A stretch of DNA of 63,987 bases, filler included, from Neolecta irregularis DAH-3 (lineage: Eukaryota), in the NCBI GenBank assembly GCA_001929475.1. It is 20 parts of 20 records of this genome, joined end to end, with 100 filler letters (N's around TTAATTAATTAA, not from the genome) between each part and the next. Parts side by side here need not be neighbours in the genome. Positions count along the whole stretch, not along the records: positions 36,072 to 38,547 come from LXFE01000199.1; positions 38,648 to 40,033 come from LXFE01002579.1; positions 40,134 to 44,097 come from LXFE01002581.1; positions 44,198 to 45,952 come from LXFE01000200.1; positions 46,053 to 48,536 come from LXFE01002588.1; positions 48,637 to 55,592 come from LXFE01000202.1; 14 more parts are not named here. The stretch is one strand, 5' to 3'. Made by a program: the position numbers and the translations under genes. Every line of letters begins with the position of its first letter. The first letter of the stretch is position 1. The notes beneath the pieces are model-generated. The model was not told the DNA's origin. It made no database searches and worked only from the letters and a program-made list of their open reading frames with translations. Shown in pieces: positions 36,309-48,660 of this stretch.

Positions 36309-37083
36309 ATGCCCAATCCACCCAACCGCTCGTTCGGCCTCCCCAGCAGAGGCGACAACCGGTACCCCCTCTACTGCCCATGCTCACTCGAGTCTCAAAA
36401 ACGGCAATACACAGCTCCTCTTCCACCGCGAATTGCTCCCCAAAGTACACACTCCTCAACACTTCTAACGGCAGTACAACGCCGCAATCGCACGTCTGCT
36501 TTCGCCAAACTATTCCCCCTCCGGTTCAGAATCCCTCGACATCGAAAACCTGCTCGCATCCTTTCGGAAACTGCGAGAGGGAATAACTTCTTCCAGACGC
36601 CTAGACCCCTTCTCCCTAGCCGTCTTTGAACAATCAGCACAACTAGCCATCCTGTCAAACCACCCCGAATCCTATCTCCCCGCATTAAAATTCCTCCTCT
36701 ACCACCTCTACCCAAAACTCGATTCCTTTCTTTCTCCCATCTTCAAAAACGTCTATCTGCTATACATCGCCTTCATCACAAACGATCTAAACCAGTACTA
36801 CACCCTCCAAAATACCCTGCACGCTCCAGACACTTTGCCCATCGTCCGACACTGGATATCCCGCAATTACATAGCCTGGCACAGAGAATACCGTAATGCA
36901 GATCCTTTCATAAAAAGGATAATGGCCTGCGCAAATCACCGCATGGAGGTCGCCGTAATCGAAACCGTCGCTGCAGTTTATTATACTGTCGATGCTCCCT
37001 GGTTCGATAAATTGGTAGGAAAGACCGCGTGGAAAAGGCTTCGTGATTCATATATCGTCAGAGATAAAAGAGTCCCAGTTTAA
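36309..37083 (+). CDS. Conserved fungal PCI-like (CSN8/PSMD8/eIF3K-type) protein
   Basis: FGLPSRGD.R start; long frame LASFRKLREGI..RRLDPF..HPESYLPAL..LL..NYIAW. Confidence 0.6.
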
Positions 37084-37309
37084 CAGTATTGGTCATTGAT
37101 TAGTCGGTCATTATTAGAAGTCGGTCATTATGATTATAGTTGATTAAGCGTCGTTATAATTAAGTCGATCGTTATTAGAAGTCGGTCGTGATTCAGAACA
37201 TTTTCCTATCTTGCGTCACCCTCGATGACTTAGATTTCTACTTTCGAGACAACTCTAAGACGCCTCCACGCCCACAAGCTGCTTCCGTTTTTTGGCTGCA
37301 GCTGTCGTT

Positions 37310-37985
37310 CGAAGACAAAACCTCGTAAACGCTGTCAGATATTTGGTGCGATAGTTCAAATTTCCCTTTGACGAATTGTAGTTACAACCCGTCTTGGAAG
37401 TAACAAGTATCCGATCCAAAGGAGAGGATATGGATCTTCTCTCGCTTGCTGAACTTGCAAGGACAGAACTACTTCAATTTCAGGTATATAGAGCCCTTTG
37501 TAGTGATATTTGACAGGAAGGAATCTCGCAAAGGACAAGACCAACTGTCTGCCATTGTAGATTGGGTTTATGAGAAAGTTCCTGACAATAATCAATTCAG
37601 TTCTAGCCCCAATCTTGAGGGAATTATTAGCCTTATAAATACCGGGATATGGGTGAACAGGCATGGCCCGGATGAGCCTCATCAAACGTATACTGCCATT
37701 TGTAAGAGACGACAAGCAGCAGAAGGTTCCTTGACAGCTTTTGTATCTAACCTATCCTCTGATGTGAATCTGACCTCCCAGCTCAAGCTCGCACCTGAAT
37801 TCCGTACAGGAAATGACTTACTTGCATTAAAGAAAGTCAAACCAGAACTTGAAAAAATTGTAGGTGAATTGCAACTGAATAAGGTACATTCATGTGCGAG
37901 GTGTTCTAATTTCAAGAAATACAACAGTCGAGATGTAATCCGAATATGGTGCGAGGAACATGTCCCATATCAAAAAGAGATCTAG
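37310..37985 (+). CDS. Second copy of the orphan CxxC..CxxH gene (lacks the 5' part of copy 1; possible pseudogene)
   Basis: Identity to the 33.5-34.2 kb copy starts at CGAAGACAAAACCTCG. Confidence 0.5.
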
Positions 37986-38226
37986 AGTAGACTATCAGGT
38001 GAAAAATGTTTTGTACCACACTGAACTAGATATATCATGATATATATAAAAAATACCAGAAAAGCTAATCAATCTAACTCCCTAGGAGAGTATTTTGATC
38101 ACATGTATAGGATGCCCTAGACAGTCTAGACCAGTCTATGGTCTACTTAGACCGACCGGACAAGGACCTTCGATTATGAACACTCATAAGGATTATATAC
38201 ATAATTGAAAGAAATCATGATGCTTC

Positions 38227-38310
38227 GGTCGTGTGGATCAGTGGTTAGATCATGTCCTTCACAATTTAATGCACACGGACAGGGTCAAGGGTTCGAACCC
38301 TTCTCGACCT
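38227..38310 (+). tRNA. tRNA-Val(CAC) with 12-nt intron (38264-38275); structurally irregular
   Basis: GGTCGTG acceptor, GATC D stem, TGTCC-TTCACA/C-GGACA, GGTTCGAA B-box, T-run terminator. Confidence 0.75.
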
Positions 38311-39004
38311 TTTTTCCTATCGAGAGTTCGATTGTTATCAATCATATAGTGCAACCTGATTCAGGCTATCAAACATACTTGATTGGTAAAAGTATATCAA
38401 ACAGTTCTTATATACTTGAGTGCTATATGACTGATACATAGATCAACAAATAGCATAATAATCAATCCACATTATAGTTTAACTCCCTCTCCCACTATCC
38501 CGTCCGAAAAGACGTCCTTGTATTCACAACAATCGTTAACTTATCGANNNNNNNNNNNNNNNNNNNNNNNNNNNNNNNNNNNNNNNNNNNNTTAATTAAT
38601 TAANNNNNNNNNNNNNNNNNNNNNNNNNNNNNNNNNNNNNNNNNNNNGCCAGGGCGAGTAGCGCATCGGCAACCGCAAAGGCGACGCTGCGCCAGGCTGC
38701 CACCGAAGAGTACGGCCACGGGTTCGCGGGCAGCGGGCGGTGAACAGCCAGCGTCCTCAGCAGCACCACGCCAGCTCCGCGCCCGCAATCACTGCCGCCC
38801 CACACACCGTCGCCTGCCGCCGCGTGCAGCAGGTGCGGCCATGCAAGCCCAGGCAGCGCATACACAAAGAACCCCAGCGGCGAGCAGTGCGCGCTCCCTC
38901 TCCCGCCTCGCACCCGTGTCTCCCATCTCGCCCGTCCGCCTCGCCCGCCCGTCTCACGCATCTGATGCGTCTCTCCCGCCTCGCACTCCAATCTCGCTCG
39001 TCTC

Positions 39005-39322
39005 CAGTGTTTGCAATGTGCAGTGGGCTTAGCCGGCCCATTAAAAGCCTGGCCCCATAGGCCCATATGACTCAATGGGCCCACACAGTCCAGATTGCCT
39101 TATCTTAGATAGTATGAACAACGATATTAAATCTTATTCTTCCACAATCAAAATCTATAAGTAAAAAGGTTATTGAATCCCTTATTACTTGCTATATATT
39201 TTACTGGACGCCACCACCCAAATTGGTCGTCACATGTTAGGCCCGGCCGACCGGTCCATGAACCCATGGGCCGGGCCGGACCCTCAAAAAAGCCCATGGG
39301 ATTCGGCCCATTGCCAACACTG
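39005..39322. mobile_element. hAT-type MITE
   Basis: TIRs CAGTGTTTGCAATG / CATTGCCAACACTG (13/14), subterminal GGCCCA/CCATGG motifs, 6/8 TSD match. Confidence 0.6.
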
Positions 39323-39388
39323 CTCCTCACTTACAATCATCACTATACTGATAAAGGTATACATCTGTCATGAAAATTTTGGCTAATA

Positions 39389-39807
39389 TTGGAAGTGAAA
39401 CGTTCTCTTGAGAATCGAATGAAGGAAGTCGTAAAGAAATCAGTCAAGAATGAAAATGGGGACGGATTCGTCAGGGCAACTGAAATCGCCCAAGAAATGA
39501 CGAATGAATACTATGCTCTATTGGATATAATGGGTTGCCTCGTTGCTTACTACGACGTGTCTCGAAAGAGATTCGTCGATAATGTCACGACCAGTAAGGA
39601 TATACCCAGTCGGTATACCTTACCAATCCAGTAATCAGGCATTGGTGGAATAAGTAGCGGAGTTTATAATTATACCTGGCCTGAGTTACAACACTTAGGC
39701 TAGGTATGTCCCTGTCCGGAGTTAGGCTAGAAATAGATAGGTGAAGAGGGAATAACCAGCAGATCAAGAGTTTAAAGGAGGCAGCAGATATTCTGAAATC
39801 TGCGTAG
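39389..39807 (+). pseudogene. Dynamin/Mx-like GTPase effector (GED) fragment interrupted by an LTR-like insertion
   Basis: AYYDVSRKRFVDNV motif, insertion about 39583-39693, then ..IKSLKEAADIL..stop. Confidence 0.6.
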
Positions 39808-40133
39808 ATGAAGGGTTATCTGATGCAGTAGAAAAATATACAATTTTTGTGAGCGTTCAGGTGTTCCTTTTTGTCGCTCATGGACTTAGGTTGGTATGTT
39901 GATATTGCGGCAGCTACTTTGAGTGAAGGTAACTACGTTTATAATCAATTTACATCCCTCTGCTAGCCAGACGTGGACCTACTTATATAGTAATTCCTTG
40001 AGGCGCGCTTCGCTGCTGCCTATTGGCTCCTTCNNNNNNNNNNNNNNNNNNNNNNNNNNNNNNNNNNNNNNNNNNNNTTAATTAATTAANNNNNNNNNNN
40101 NNNNNNNNNNNNNNNNNNNNNNNNNNNNNNNNN

Positions 40134-43100
40134 GTTTGTTCCGCCATGTCCTGTTGCTTGTTCTGCCGTCCCTCTCTACTGCCTCCTCAGTTACTCCTCC
40201 CCAGATCGCATATTCTTCGCTCGGCCGGATCTCGCTGACAGGTGCATTTGCAGGTCTAAGCATCTACACGGATACGCGCCAACTCCAGTTATCTCAACCA
40301 GCGACCACCGATGGTTTATACACACAGCTGGCCGATGGGACATTCGTCCCAGTTGCCGCTACTGATGGAAAAATCAATTCAGTCTGTTCAATTGATAATG
40401 ATCTGTACGTTGGCGGCAATTTTACGACGATCGCTGGAGTCAGTGCTCATAATATTGCTCTATGGAGCAGCAATTCCTGGGCCGCCCTGGACTCTGGTCT
40501 ACTAGGCATTGTCAATTCGCTATTATGCGATTCCAATAACAAAGTCGTCACAATCGGAGGCGACTTTCAAATGCTGAATTCATCGAATGTCGTTAATTGG
40601 AAGATTGGAACTGGCTGGCGAAAATTACCCTTTGGCGGATTCGACGGTCCAGTATATTCTATAGCGCAGGGTGATGGACAAACCCGCATTTTTGGTGGTC
40701 GCTTCGATTCTACAGGAAATGGAAGCAATGTAATTCTCACAAGCGCTCAAACGGTGAATATTCAGACCGCCAATGTAAGTAACCTGTCGTTCCATTTATT
40801 TTTTTGATTGCTAGATATCTGCCGATGGTTCCACCAGTCTAACCGGCTTTTCTTCCCCCTCTAATATCATATGCCCAAGTGCACAGGATACCCCGGGATC
40901 TACCTGGCTTGCTGCGGATAATCGCTCAGCGTATATCTACGTCGTCCAAGGGTTCACATTTCGGCCCACAAAGCTTCGTATCAGGAACACTATGTACCAG
41001 GGCCGAGGAACTAAAACCTTTCGTTTTATTGCTTATCCCATATCTGGGATCATGAACTTGACGTACACGGACTCGAATGGAGTTAACCAATATTGTGACG
41101 CTGACTGTCCATTGAATCAAACATTGGAANNNNNNNNNNAGGCCGAGGAACTAAAACCTTTCGTTTTATTGCTTATCCCATATCTGGGATCATGAACTTG
41201 ACATACACGGACTCGAATGGAGTTAACCAATATTGTGACGCTGACTGTCCATTGAATCAAACATTGGAATACCAGGACTTCACCTTTGTTAATATCATTG
41301 GGATGATTGGTTTTCAGTTTGCCATATCCGATTGGTATGGGGATGGTGCTGGATTGAACGAAATCGCATTGTTTCAGAATGGCATGGACTCATTCCAATA
41401 GCATATGCTTAACGCTAGATATTGCCGCATTTGCTGTCCAAGGATTTAACGATCCTAGCTGCTCCGAATCGACTTTGAAGTCGTCAAGTGTGATAACTGG
41501 CGGTCCTTGGAAGGTCTACAATCTGAGTACAACTAGTGCAAATTACTTGACAACTACCAATCCTGGTTCCTCGGTTACTTTTCTTCCTCATCTCTCGTCA
41601 AGTGGGAATTATGCTGTTCGACTTTTCACCCCCGGCTGTGTTGCAGATGAAACATGTGGCTCCAGAGGTCAAGTCAAGATTACTATTATTCCCGAACCAG
41701 GTCTGTCGTCGTCGATCACTATGTATCAAACCAACAACTATGATAAATACGACTCGGTGTATGAAGGAAAATTTGCAGCGGTGAGCTCAGGGTTCAGACC
41801 ATCTGTTACTCTTACCATAGTGGGATCTCCAGGAATTGCTGTTGCCCAGAAAGTACAATTCCTTGCGCTTAGCACAACCTCGAGGTTGAATGGTCTGTAT
41901 GAGTACAATCCAGCAAATTTTACTTCTGCTGGTGTTGACATTGGCCAACCAGGTCTTATCGTCAATGTCGGCAGTACGTCCGTTCTTCGATTAATTTGCT
42001 CATTCGATAGATTCTTTATCGCCGGACGCTTTTATATCGAATATTCTAAAAACACCAGATACCGTCTTCATAGCAGGAAATTTCTCTTGTAGTGATCCTC
42101 AGGCGGTCAATATCCTTACAATCGGCTCATCCTCTGCGAAAGCATTTGCTGGGAACGGTCTCAATGGGCAAATCCGCACAGTCCTCCAAAGTGGTGACAA
42201 GATTTATTTTGGCGGGGATTTCACTGGTCTTACAAACTCCGATTCTACAACCGGACTAAATTATATCGCTGCCTATACTCCATCTTCAAACACCTGGTCA
42301 TCACTTTCAGCGGGCCTAAACGGAAAAGTTGAGAAAATAGTGCAATTTACCTTAAGCAATACGACTGTTCTCGGTGTTTCCGGAGGTTTTACGCAGATTG
42401 TAGGTGGCCCTGATGTCAATGGCTTTGCGATCTGGGGGGACAATAATTGGCTAACCAGCGATATACCTTTCTTTGACGGCCAAATTGATCAAGTTGTGAC
42501 ATTGAGCAATAGCAGTGAAGTTTTCGTTGGAGTAGTGAAGGCAAGCTATCAAGTCAAAGCAGATGGTGCTGTTTACCTCTCCAATGGAAACCTTGAGTCG
42601 TGGAAATATAGTTTCTCGTCTCCGTCTTCATCATCAACGAATGATACTTTATTGTCCAAAAGGGATGTCACACCTGATATATCTCAAGGTATCATTCGGA
42701 CTGGAGTATATTACAATACTTCGGATGAAAACCTCACTATCCTCGGAGGAAACTTTAGCATTTCTGGAAATCCTTTAGTTAGCAGTGTTGCTATTATCGA
42801 TTCGAACGGCGGCATTTCAGGTCTTCCAACTGGCTTGAATAGCAATGCTTCAATATATTACTTCCTTGTCGATGGTGATCTTCTCTATATTGGCGGTTCT
42901 TTCACCGGGAAAGTCAACCATGGAAATATCGCAGGGATCGCGATTTACGATTTAAAGAATAAGGCCTGGAGTTCTAACCAACCTTCCGGTCTTGCTGGTA
43001 TATTTTATCACTAAAGAAACCAAATGCTAATTACAATTAGCTGATGACAAGACTGTTGTCGTAAAGAGCATTAATAAACGGCCCAATACCCAGGATATTG

Positions 43101-44035
43101 TGGTGTCTGGAATATTTGACAGAGCTGGCAGTTTAGGATGTCAGAGTGTTTGCATTTTTGATGCAGATGCGGTCCAGTGGCATTCTACCAGCTTCGCTAT
43201 TGGCGGGCAGGTCGAGACTTCTGTCATTACTGGAGTATGACTCCGGTTGGCTATGGAAGCTAACAAACTCAGGCCAACACCGTACTCTTTGCTGGAAATC
43301 TTACAATGAATAACTCTGCTGCATATCTTCTGCAGTACGATTTTAACCAAACGGCCTGGGTTTCTGAACTCGCTGGGAAAATCAAGGGCCCCCTTAATTC
43401 GCTTGTTTTGCAGGGAGATATAATATACGCGGCTGGAAGCCAAAACGGAAAACCATACTTCATCAAAACGGATGGAAACACAGTCACAGAAATTGGTTTT
43501 CATAATATTTTTTCCTGTACTGACAAGGTTAGCAAGTGGTCTTTCGGATTCTTCTGTCGTCTACGACATTCAGTTACTTCCGTTGAAGAACGACCACAGC
43601 AAGAACAACCAAATCCCATCTGACCGTATCTTGATTGCATTTGGACAATTGTCTTCCCCGACTATGGGAACCGCATCCGCTGCCGTTTACGATGGAGAGA
43701 ATTGGCAAGCTTATATTCTCACTGGCCAAAGTGATGGCTCCCCTGGTATCATTTATTCAATCTTTTCCGATGGTTCTCTTTCAACATTTTCGTCCCCATG
43801 TATGTCTCTCACCTTCGCTCGTTTTTCTAACGTTTTAGCACATCTCGCAAAAGGGTGGGTGCTGCTTATCTCTCTTGCTATCAGTCTTGGCATCATCTTC
43901 ATACTCGTTGCTGCAGGTGTCATCGCTGCTTACTTCCGGAGGAAGAAAGAGGGTTATACTATAACACCTCATCTTGGAGGCGAGAAGAACTTGAAAAGAT
44001 TGCCTCCAAATCATTTATTTAGCGAATTTAATTAA
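40134..44035 (+). CDS. RAX2: Cortical polarity marker Rax2 (start codon cut by contig edge)
   Basis: LGRISLTGAFAGLSIY, LPFGGFDG, F.PTKLR..NT...GRGTKTFR, TPGC..D..C.SRG, TM followed by RRKKEGY. Confidence 0.93.
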
Positions 44036-44197
44036 CGTCATTCCCTTTTTACTTTTAATATTCGTTCATTTTTCAGAAATGTTGTTTTTCTTTTTTTNNN
44101 NNNNNNNNNNNNNNNNNNNNNNNNNNNNNNNNNNNNNNNNNTTAATTAATTAANNNNNNNNNNNNNNNNNNNNNNNNNNNNNNNNNNNNNNNNNNNN

Positions 44198-44465
44198 ATC
44201 CCAATATAAATTAATTTATATGATATTGCCAATATAGATAATCTTATATCATATTATCAAAATTTGAAATTTTTCATATTATATTATATTATATTGTCAC
44301 AATATGAAAAAATTCTATATCATATGGCCACAATATGAAAAAATCTATTTGAAATTGTCAAAATATGAAAAATCTTATATTATATTGGCAAAATATGAAA
44401 AAACCCATATTATATCACATGATATACAATATATCATATTTATTGGCATATTATAGCCCACACTG
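44198..44465. repeat. AT-rich ~30-nt subterminal tandem repeats ending in a hAT-like terminus
   Basis: Units (C/A)AATATGAAAAA..TATAT..ATTG(G/T)C; end TATAGCCCACACTG. Confidence 0.6.
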
Positions 44466-44864
44466 GGTAGCCCATTAGTTTTGTCTTTAGATTCTGATGC
44501 TGAGGGTACTTCTTTAGTTGGGATAACTGGGTTTGCTGCATAGGTAATAATTGATAGTGATTTGTTCTAAGTCCTGTTGGTAGAATTGGTCACAGGTCAC
44601 ATGACACTGTATGCTACCTACTATAGTAAATGTTTTGAGTATACAAAGTATACTTATAACTTCCCTATTACTTTCTGTTATCTATAAATATTATTATTCA
44701 TTGCTTCTAGAATTAAATATTTCACTTCATGGAATATGCCAACACAATCACCTCATATTATCTGGAACTTGGAAGTGAAGGAAGATTGGGTATATTGTTT
44801 TAAATTACTCTCCATAATATAACAGAATCAAGCAAGAACAGGCCAGTTACCTAGGATATATAAA

Positions 44865-45659
44865 ATGGACAATGAAAAAATGGTATCATCCAATGACCTC
44901 AGTTTTGTATATGAATCTTCTCCACAAACCTTTGCAGAATCATTCACCTCATATGGTACTCCAGTATACCAAAGCTTTTCAAAATCACCTCTATTTCAAG
45001 AACTCTTCCCTTCATCAAGCCCAAGGGAAAAAGAATTGCTCACAAGCCACAGTTCCCCATGGCATTCTCCTCAAACCCAAGATAACTTGTCAAGTAATAC
45101 ATTTTCTCACATCTCTAATATCAATCCAATTGAAATTAGATCTCCATTGCCAAAAGCTTGTCAACATTCAAACAAATCTCCTGTAGCTATATCCAGACAT
45201 CAGGCCTGGAATAATACATCATTTCTTGATCATTCATTATCAAAAAATGTTATATGGGTCAATAGTGATGAAGTAAAAGACTTTCATCAAAGCAGTTCTT
45301 GTAGTCTACCACCAAAAATACAAGTCAAAGTCAAAAGATACTGCAAGAGTACAATAACTGGTAAGAAAGAATTTGCTTGTTATGATTACTATGATATTGG
45401 TGAAGATGAATTATATTGGGATAACTTGGAAGAATGGAAAGTAGCACATATAGCTAACCCCAGGAATATGAGTAGTAGCCCAAGTAATCTGGCTTGGCAT
45501 CTTGGTTATGGAGCTTATGATAGTTATTTTGATGCTCAATGCAAGGCTGACAAGAATAATAAATACCTTCAGATTGCTAACCACAAAAAACAGAAAAAAG
45601 CAGAGCAATTTGTAGAAAGGAACTATGGATGTGAAATTGCTTCAGATCTCATGAGTTAA
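44865..45659 (+). CDS. Intronless 264-aa orphan ORF in a CpG-free contig
   Basis: ATG-to-TAA open frame; Ser/Pro-rich N-half and aromatic/acidic C-half. Confidence 0.45.
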   Translation: MDNEKMVSSNDLSFVYESSPQTFAESFTSYGTPVYQSFSKSPLFQELFPSSSPREKELLTSHSSPWHSPQTQDNLSSNTFSHISNINPIEIRSPLPKACQHSNKSPVAISRHQAWNNTSFLDHSLSKNVIWVNSDEVKDFHQSSSCSLPPKIQVKVKRYCKSTITGKKEFACYDYYDIGEDELYWDNLEEWKVAHIANPRNMSSSPSNLAWHLGYGAYDSYFDAQCKADKNNKYLQIANHKKQKKAEQFVERNYGCEIASDLMS

Positions 45660-46052
45660 TAATAGTTATAAGAAGGATAACAAGTCAGGGAACTAAACTT
45701 TTTCATACATATTATATCATAGCAATATATATTAAAATGTTACAATTGTAAGGGTCTGTGGGGTGAATACCTGTACAAAGACCTATACATTATACCTGTG
45801 GTGGGGAATACCTGTACAAAGACAAGGTGTCACACTCACAGTTACCTAATTATATATGTACAATATATCTGTGGGAGCTCTCTGTATGTATGCCTTGAGG
45901 GCTAGAACTCCTATACCAGACTTTAGGTGAACTTCTAGGAATAGGGGGCTAGNNNNNNNNNNNNNNNNNNNNNNNNNNNNNNNNNNNNNNNNNNNNTTAA
46001 TTAATTAANNNNNNNNNNNNNNNNNNNNNNNNNNNNNNNNNNNNNNNNNNNN

Positions 46053-48092
46053 CTTTTCTTAACCACATATACATAATTATACTTCAAACATATTCCACCA
46101 ACCAAGGTAAATAAAAGGAAGTTAAGAATCCTTCCCATACCACTCAACCTCGAAATTGAGATTCCATGTTGTACCACTGGGAAACTATGATGTGATCCTC
46201 GGTGACCTATTTGTAAAGGGACTTCGAGTGACAATTAAGAAATTTGACATGGAAACAACTATAGAGGGTCATTGTGGAAATATAGTTACACCAATAGTAA
46301 TACAGAAGAATCATAAACAAAAGGATCTTGCAGTAGCAACTACAGTACTCCAGATTGATGATTCAGAAGATGTTGGAGAGGCTATGCAGCTCCAATCACT
46401 GGAAGAGAAATACCATAAACATTTCTCTAAACTATTCGAGGTCCTTGAATGCCCTTGGTTACAACCAAGTAATGCTCCGAAGCACTACATCGAGTTCAAG
46501 GAAACACCTAAAGAGAAGATCAATGGCAAACTCTATAGCATTCCACACAAGTGGAAGGAGGACTTGAAAACATTTCTGGATATATCCCTCTGATCAAGAC
46601 GAATTAGGCACTTGTCAAGCCAGTTTTCATCTCCAACATCTATGGTAGTGAAAAAGGGTGAAAATAAGCCTAGAGTGGTGCAAGATTATAGAAGAATAAA
46701 TGACTATACAGTCAGGGATCGTACACCAATTCCCATATAGAATGACCTTTTGGAAGCTGTAGCAAAGGCAAAGTTCAAAGGCAAGATTGACCTTAAAGAT
46801 GCCTACTATCAAATCCACATGAATAAGGCTGATATACCCAAAACTGCATTCAAAACTGTATATGGATTATTCGAGTGGACCGTGATGCCACAGGGGCTCT
46901 GCAATGCCCCAGCTATATTCCAGAAATATATGAATCATATATTACGAGCATACAATGGAACTACCTGCTATGTAAACTTAGACGATATAGTAATCTTCTC
47001 CAACACAATTGAGGAACACAAGACTAATATATGCAATATATTAACTGTCTTGCAGGAAGCGGGTATGGCACTTAGCCCAGGGAAATCTACTATTTTTGCC
47101 AAAGAAATCGAGTTCTTGGGTCATTCGTTGACATTGAAAGGGCTTGAGCTTGATAAGAACAAAGTCGAGAGGATTGTCAGTTGGGCAACACCAAAGACAT
47201 TGAAGTGCCTGGCAGGGTTTCTCGGCTAATGAATTATCTGTCGGCATCTATTCCTGGGATAGCATCTCACTCAACAGTGCTGTTAAAACTGACAAAGAAA
47301 ACTATGAAGTTTATCTGGACAAGAGTTGAGGAAAATACCTTCCAGTGTTTAAAAGAACTAGTTGCAAATGCTTCATACCTGAGGCCAGTAGACCATAAAA
47401 GGATAAAGGACGGGGAGCAAATTTGAGTTATTTGTGATGCAAGCAATAGAGCAAGTGGTGCAATAGTATTGCAAGGGTCAGACTGGCATACAGCACAGCC
47501 AGCATCCTTTTGCTCCAAAGCTTTCAGTGAAACACAATCAAAATACCCTATTTACGACAGGGAGATGCTCGCCATATTGAGGGCCTTGTGGAAGTGGAGG
47601 CACCTTTTATTAGGTTATCACTTCATGGTCCTGACGGACCATGAGCCTCTCAAGTATTGGCACAAACAAGCAACCCTATCAGACAGACAGAGTCAATAGC
47701 TCCACGAACTTACTGATTATGATTTCACTATAAAATATATTTCAGGCTCATCCAACTCATTTGCAGATGCCCTCTCTAGGGAGGAGATCATGGTAGCTGC
47801 TGTTATCATCACTCAAGGAGCTATAGATCCTACTGAATCAAAAATACTGTAAGACAAGTATGAAGATGACTCCTTTATGAGGGAAATCCAAGAAAATCCC
47901 TAGAGATTCATGGAATATGAAGTAGTAGAGGATGCAATTCTCCACGGCGATCGAATTCTCATCCCACGAGGAAAGTTTAAAGAGAAGCTTTTCCGAGACT
48001 GCCATGACAACCAGGGCTATTTTGAATTCAATAAAATGTACAAGCATATGAGGAAGAAATATATTTGGCCTAACATGGCTTCAGAGGTATAA
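46053..48092 (+). mobile_element. Ty3/Gypsy pol pseudogene (protease-RT-RNase H-integrase start)
   Basis: YDVILG, KIDLKDAYYQI, VMPQGLCNAP, NLDDIVIFS, CDAS, DREMLAI, TDHEPL, CHD..G; several in-frame stops. Confidence 0.95.
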
Positions 48093-48158
48093 ATAGCTAA
48101 GATCTGCAATAGTTACATGAACGCGATCAGGTTACACAAGGCGTATTAGAGGATCTCG

Positions 48159-48435
48159 TGTGACACTCCAGGCTGTGTTGCTGAGCAAGCAACAATGAAC
48201 AAGTCTATTATCTCAGAAGATACAAAGAGAGAATCCATCATATCTATTATCTCAGAAGATATAAAGAGAGAATAGTAGGTATGGTGGAGGTGGCAATATT
48301 ATATACCAAAGAAAGGTCCCTAATTAATGTACGTTGTGCGACATTACACCAACGTCACACAAAGTTGTACAACATAGTATGACATAGGACAAAGTAAAGA
48401 AATGTAGTAAGCAGATAGTAGCTTATGTGCTTACA
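48159..48435 (-). mobile_element. LTR with adjacent polypurine tract (48436-48452), opposite orientation to pol
   Basis: Minus strand purine tract ..GGGGAGGAG|TGTAAG ... TGTCACA; internal ~30-nt tandem duplication. Confidence 0.6.
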
Positions 48436-48660
48436 CTCCTCCCCTCTTTCTCTTTTTGAAGGGAGTCACTATGTAACCGGCTCCTCTCTATAGAAGCTGA
48501 TTAGTGACGATATGTGGAGCTTCTGTGCTCGCTGATNNNNNNNNNNNNNNNNNNNNNNNNNNNNNNNNNNNNNNNNNNNNTTAATTAATTAANNNNNNNN
48601 NNNNNNNNNNNNNNNNNNNNNNNNNNNNNNNNNNNNCCCCCCCGCCCCGCTGACCCCCAG

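Noticed and set aside
38648-39004. Overlapping GC-rich ORFs on both strands
   Set aside because: Low-complexity GC-rich repeat DNA is naturally stop-poor; no protein motif
41000-41269. Tandem duplication inside RAX2
   Set aside because: Same N10-gap overlap artefact
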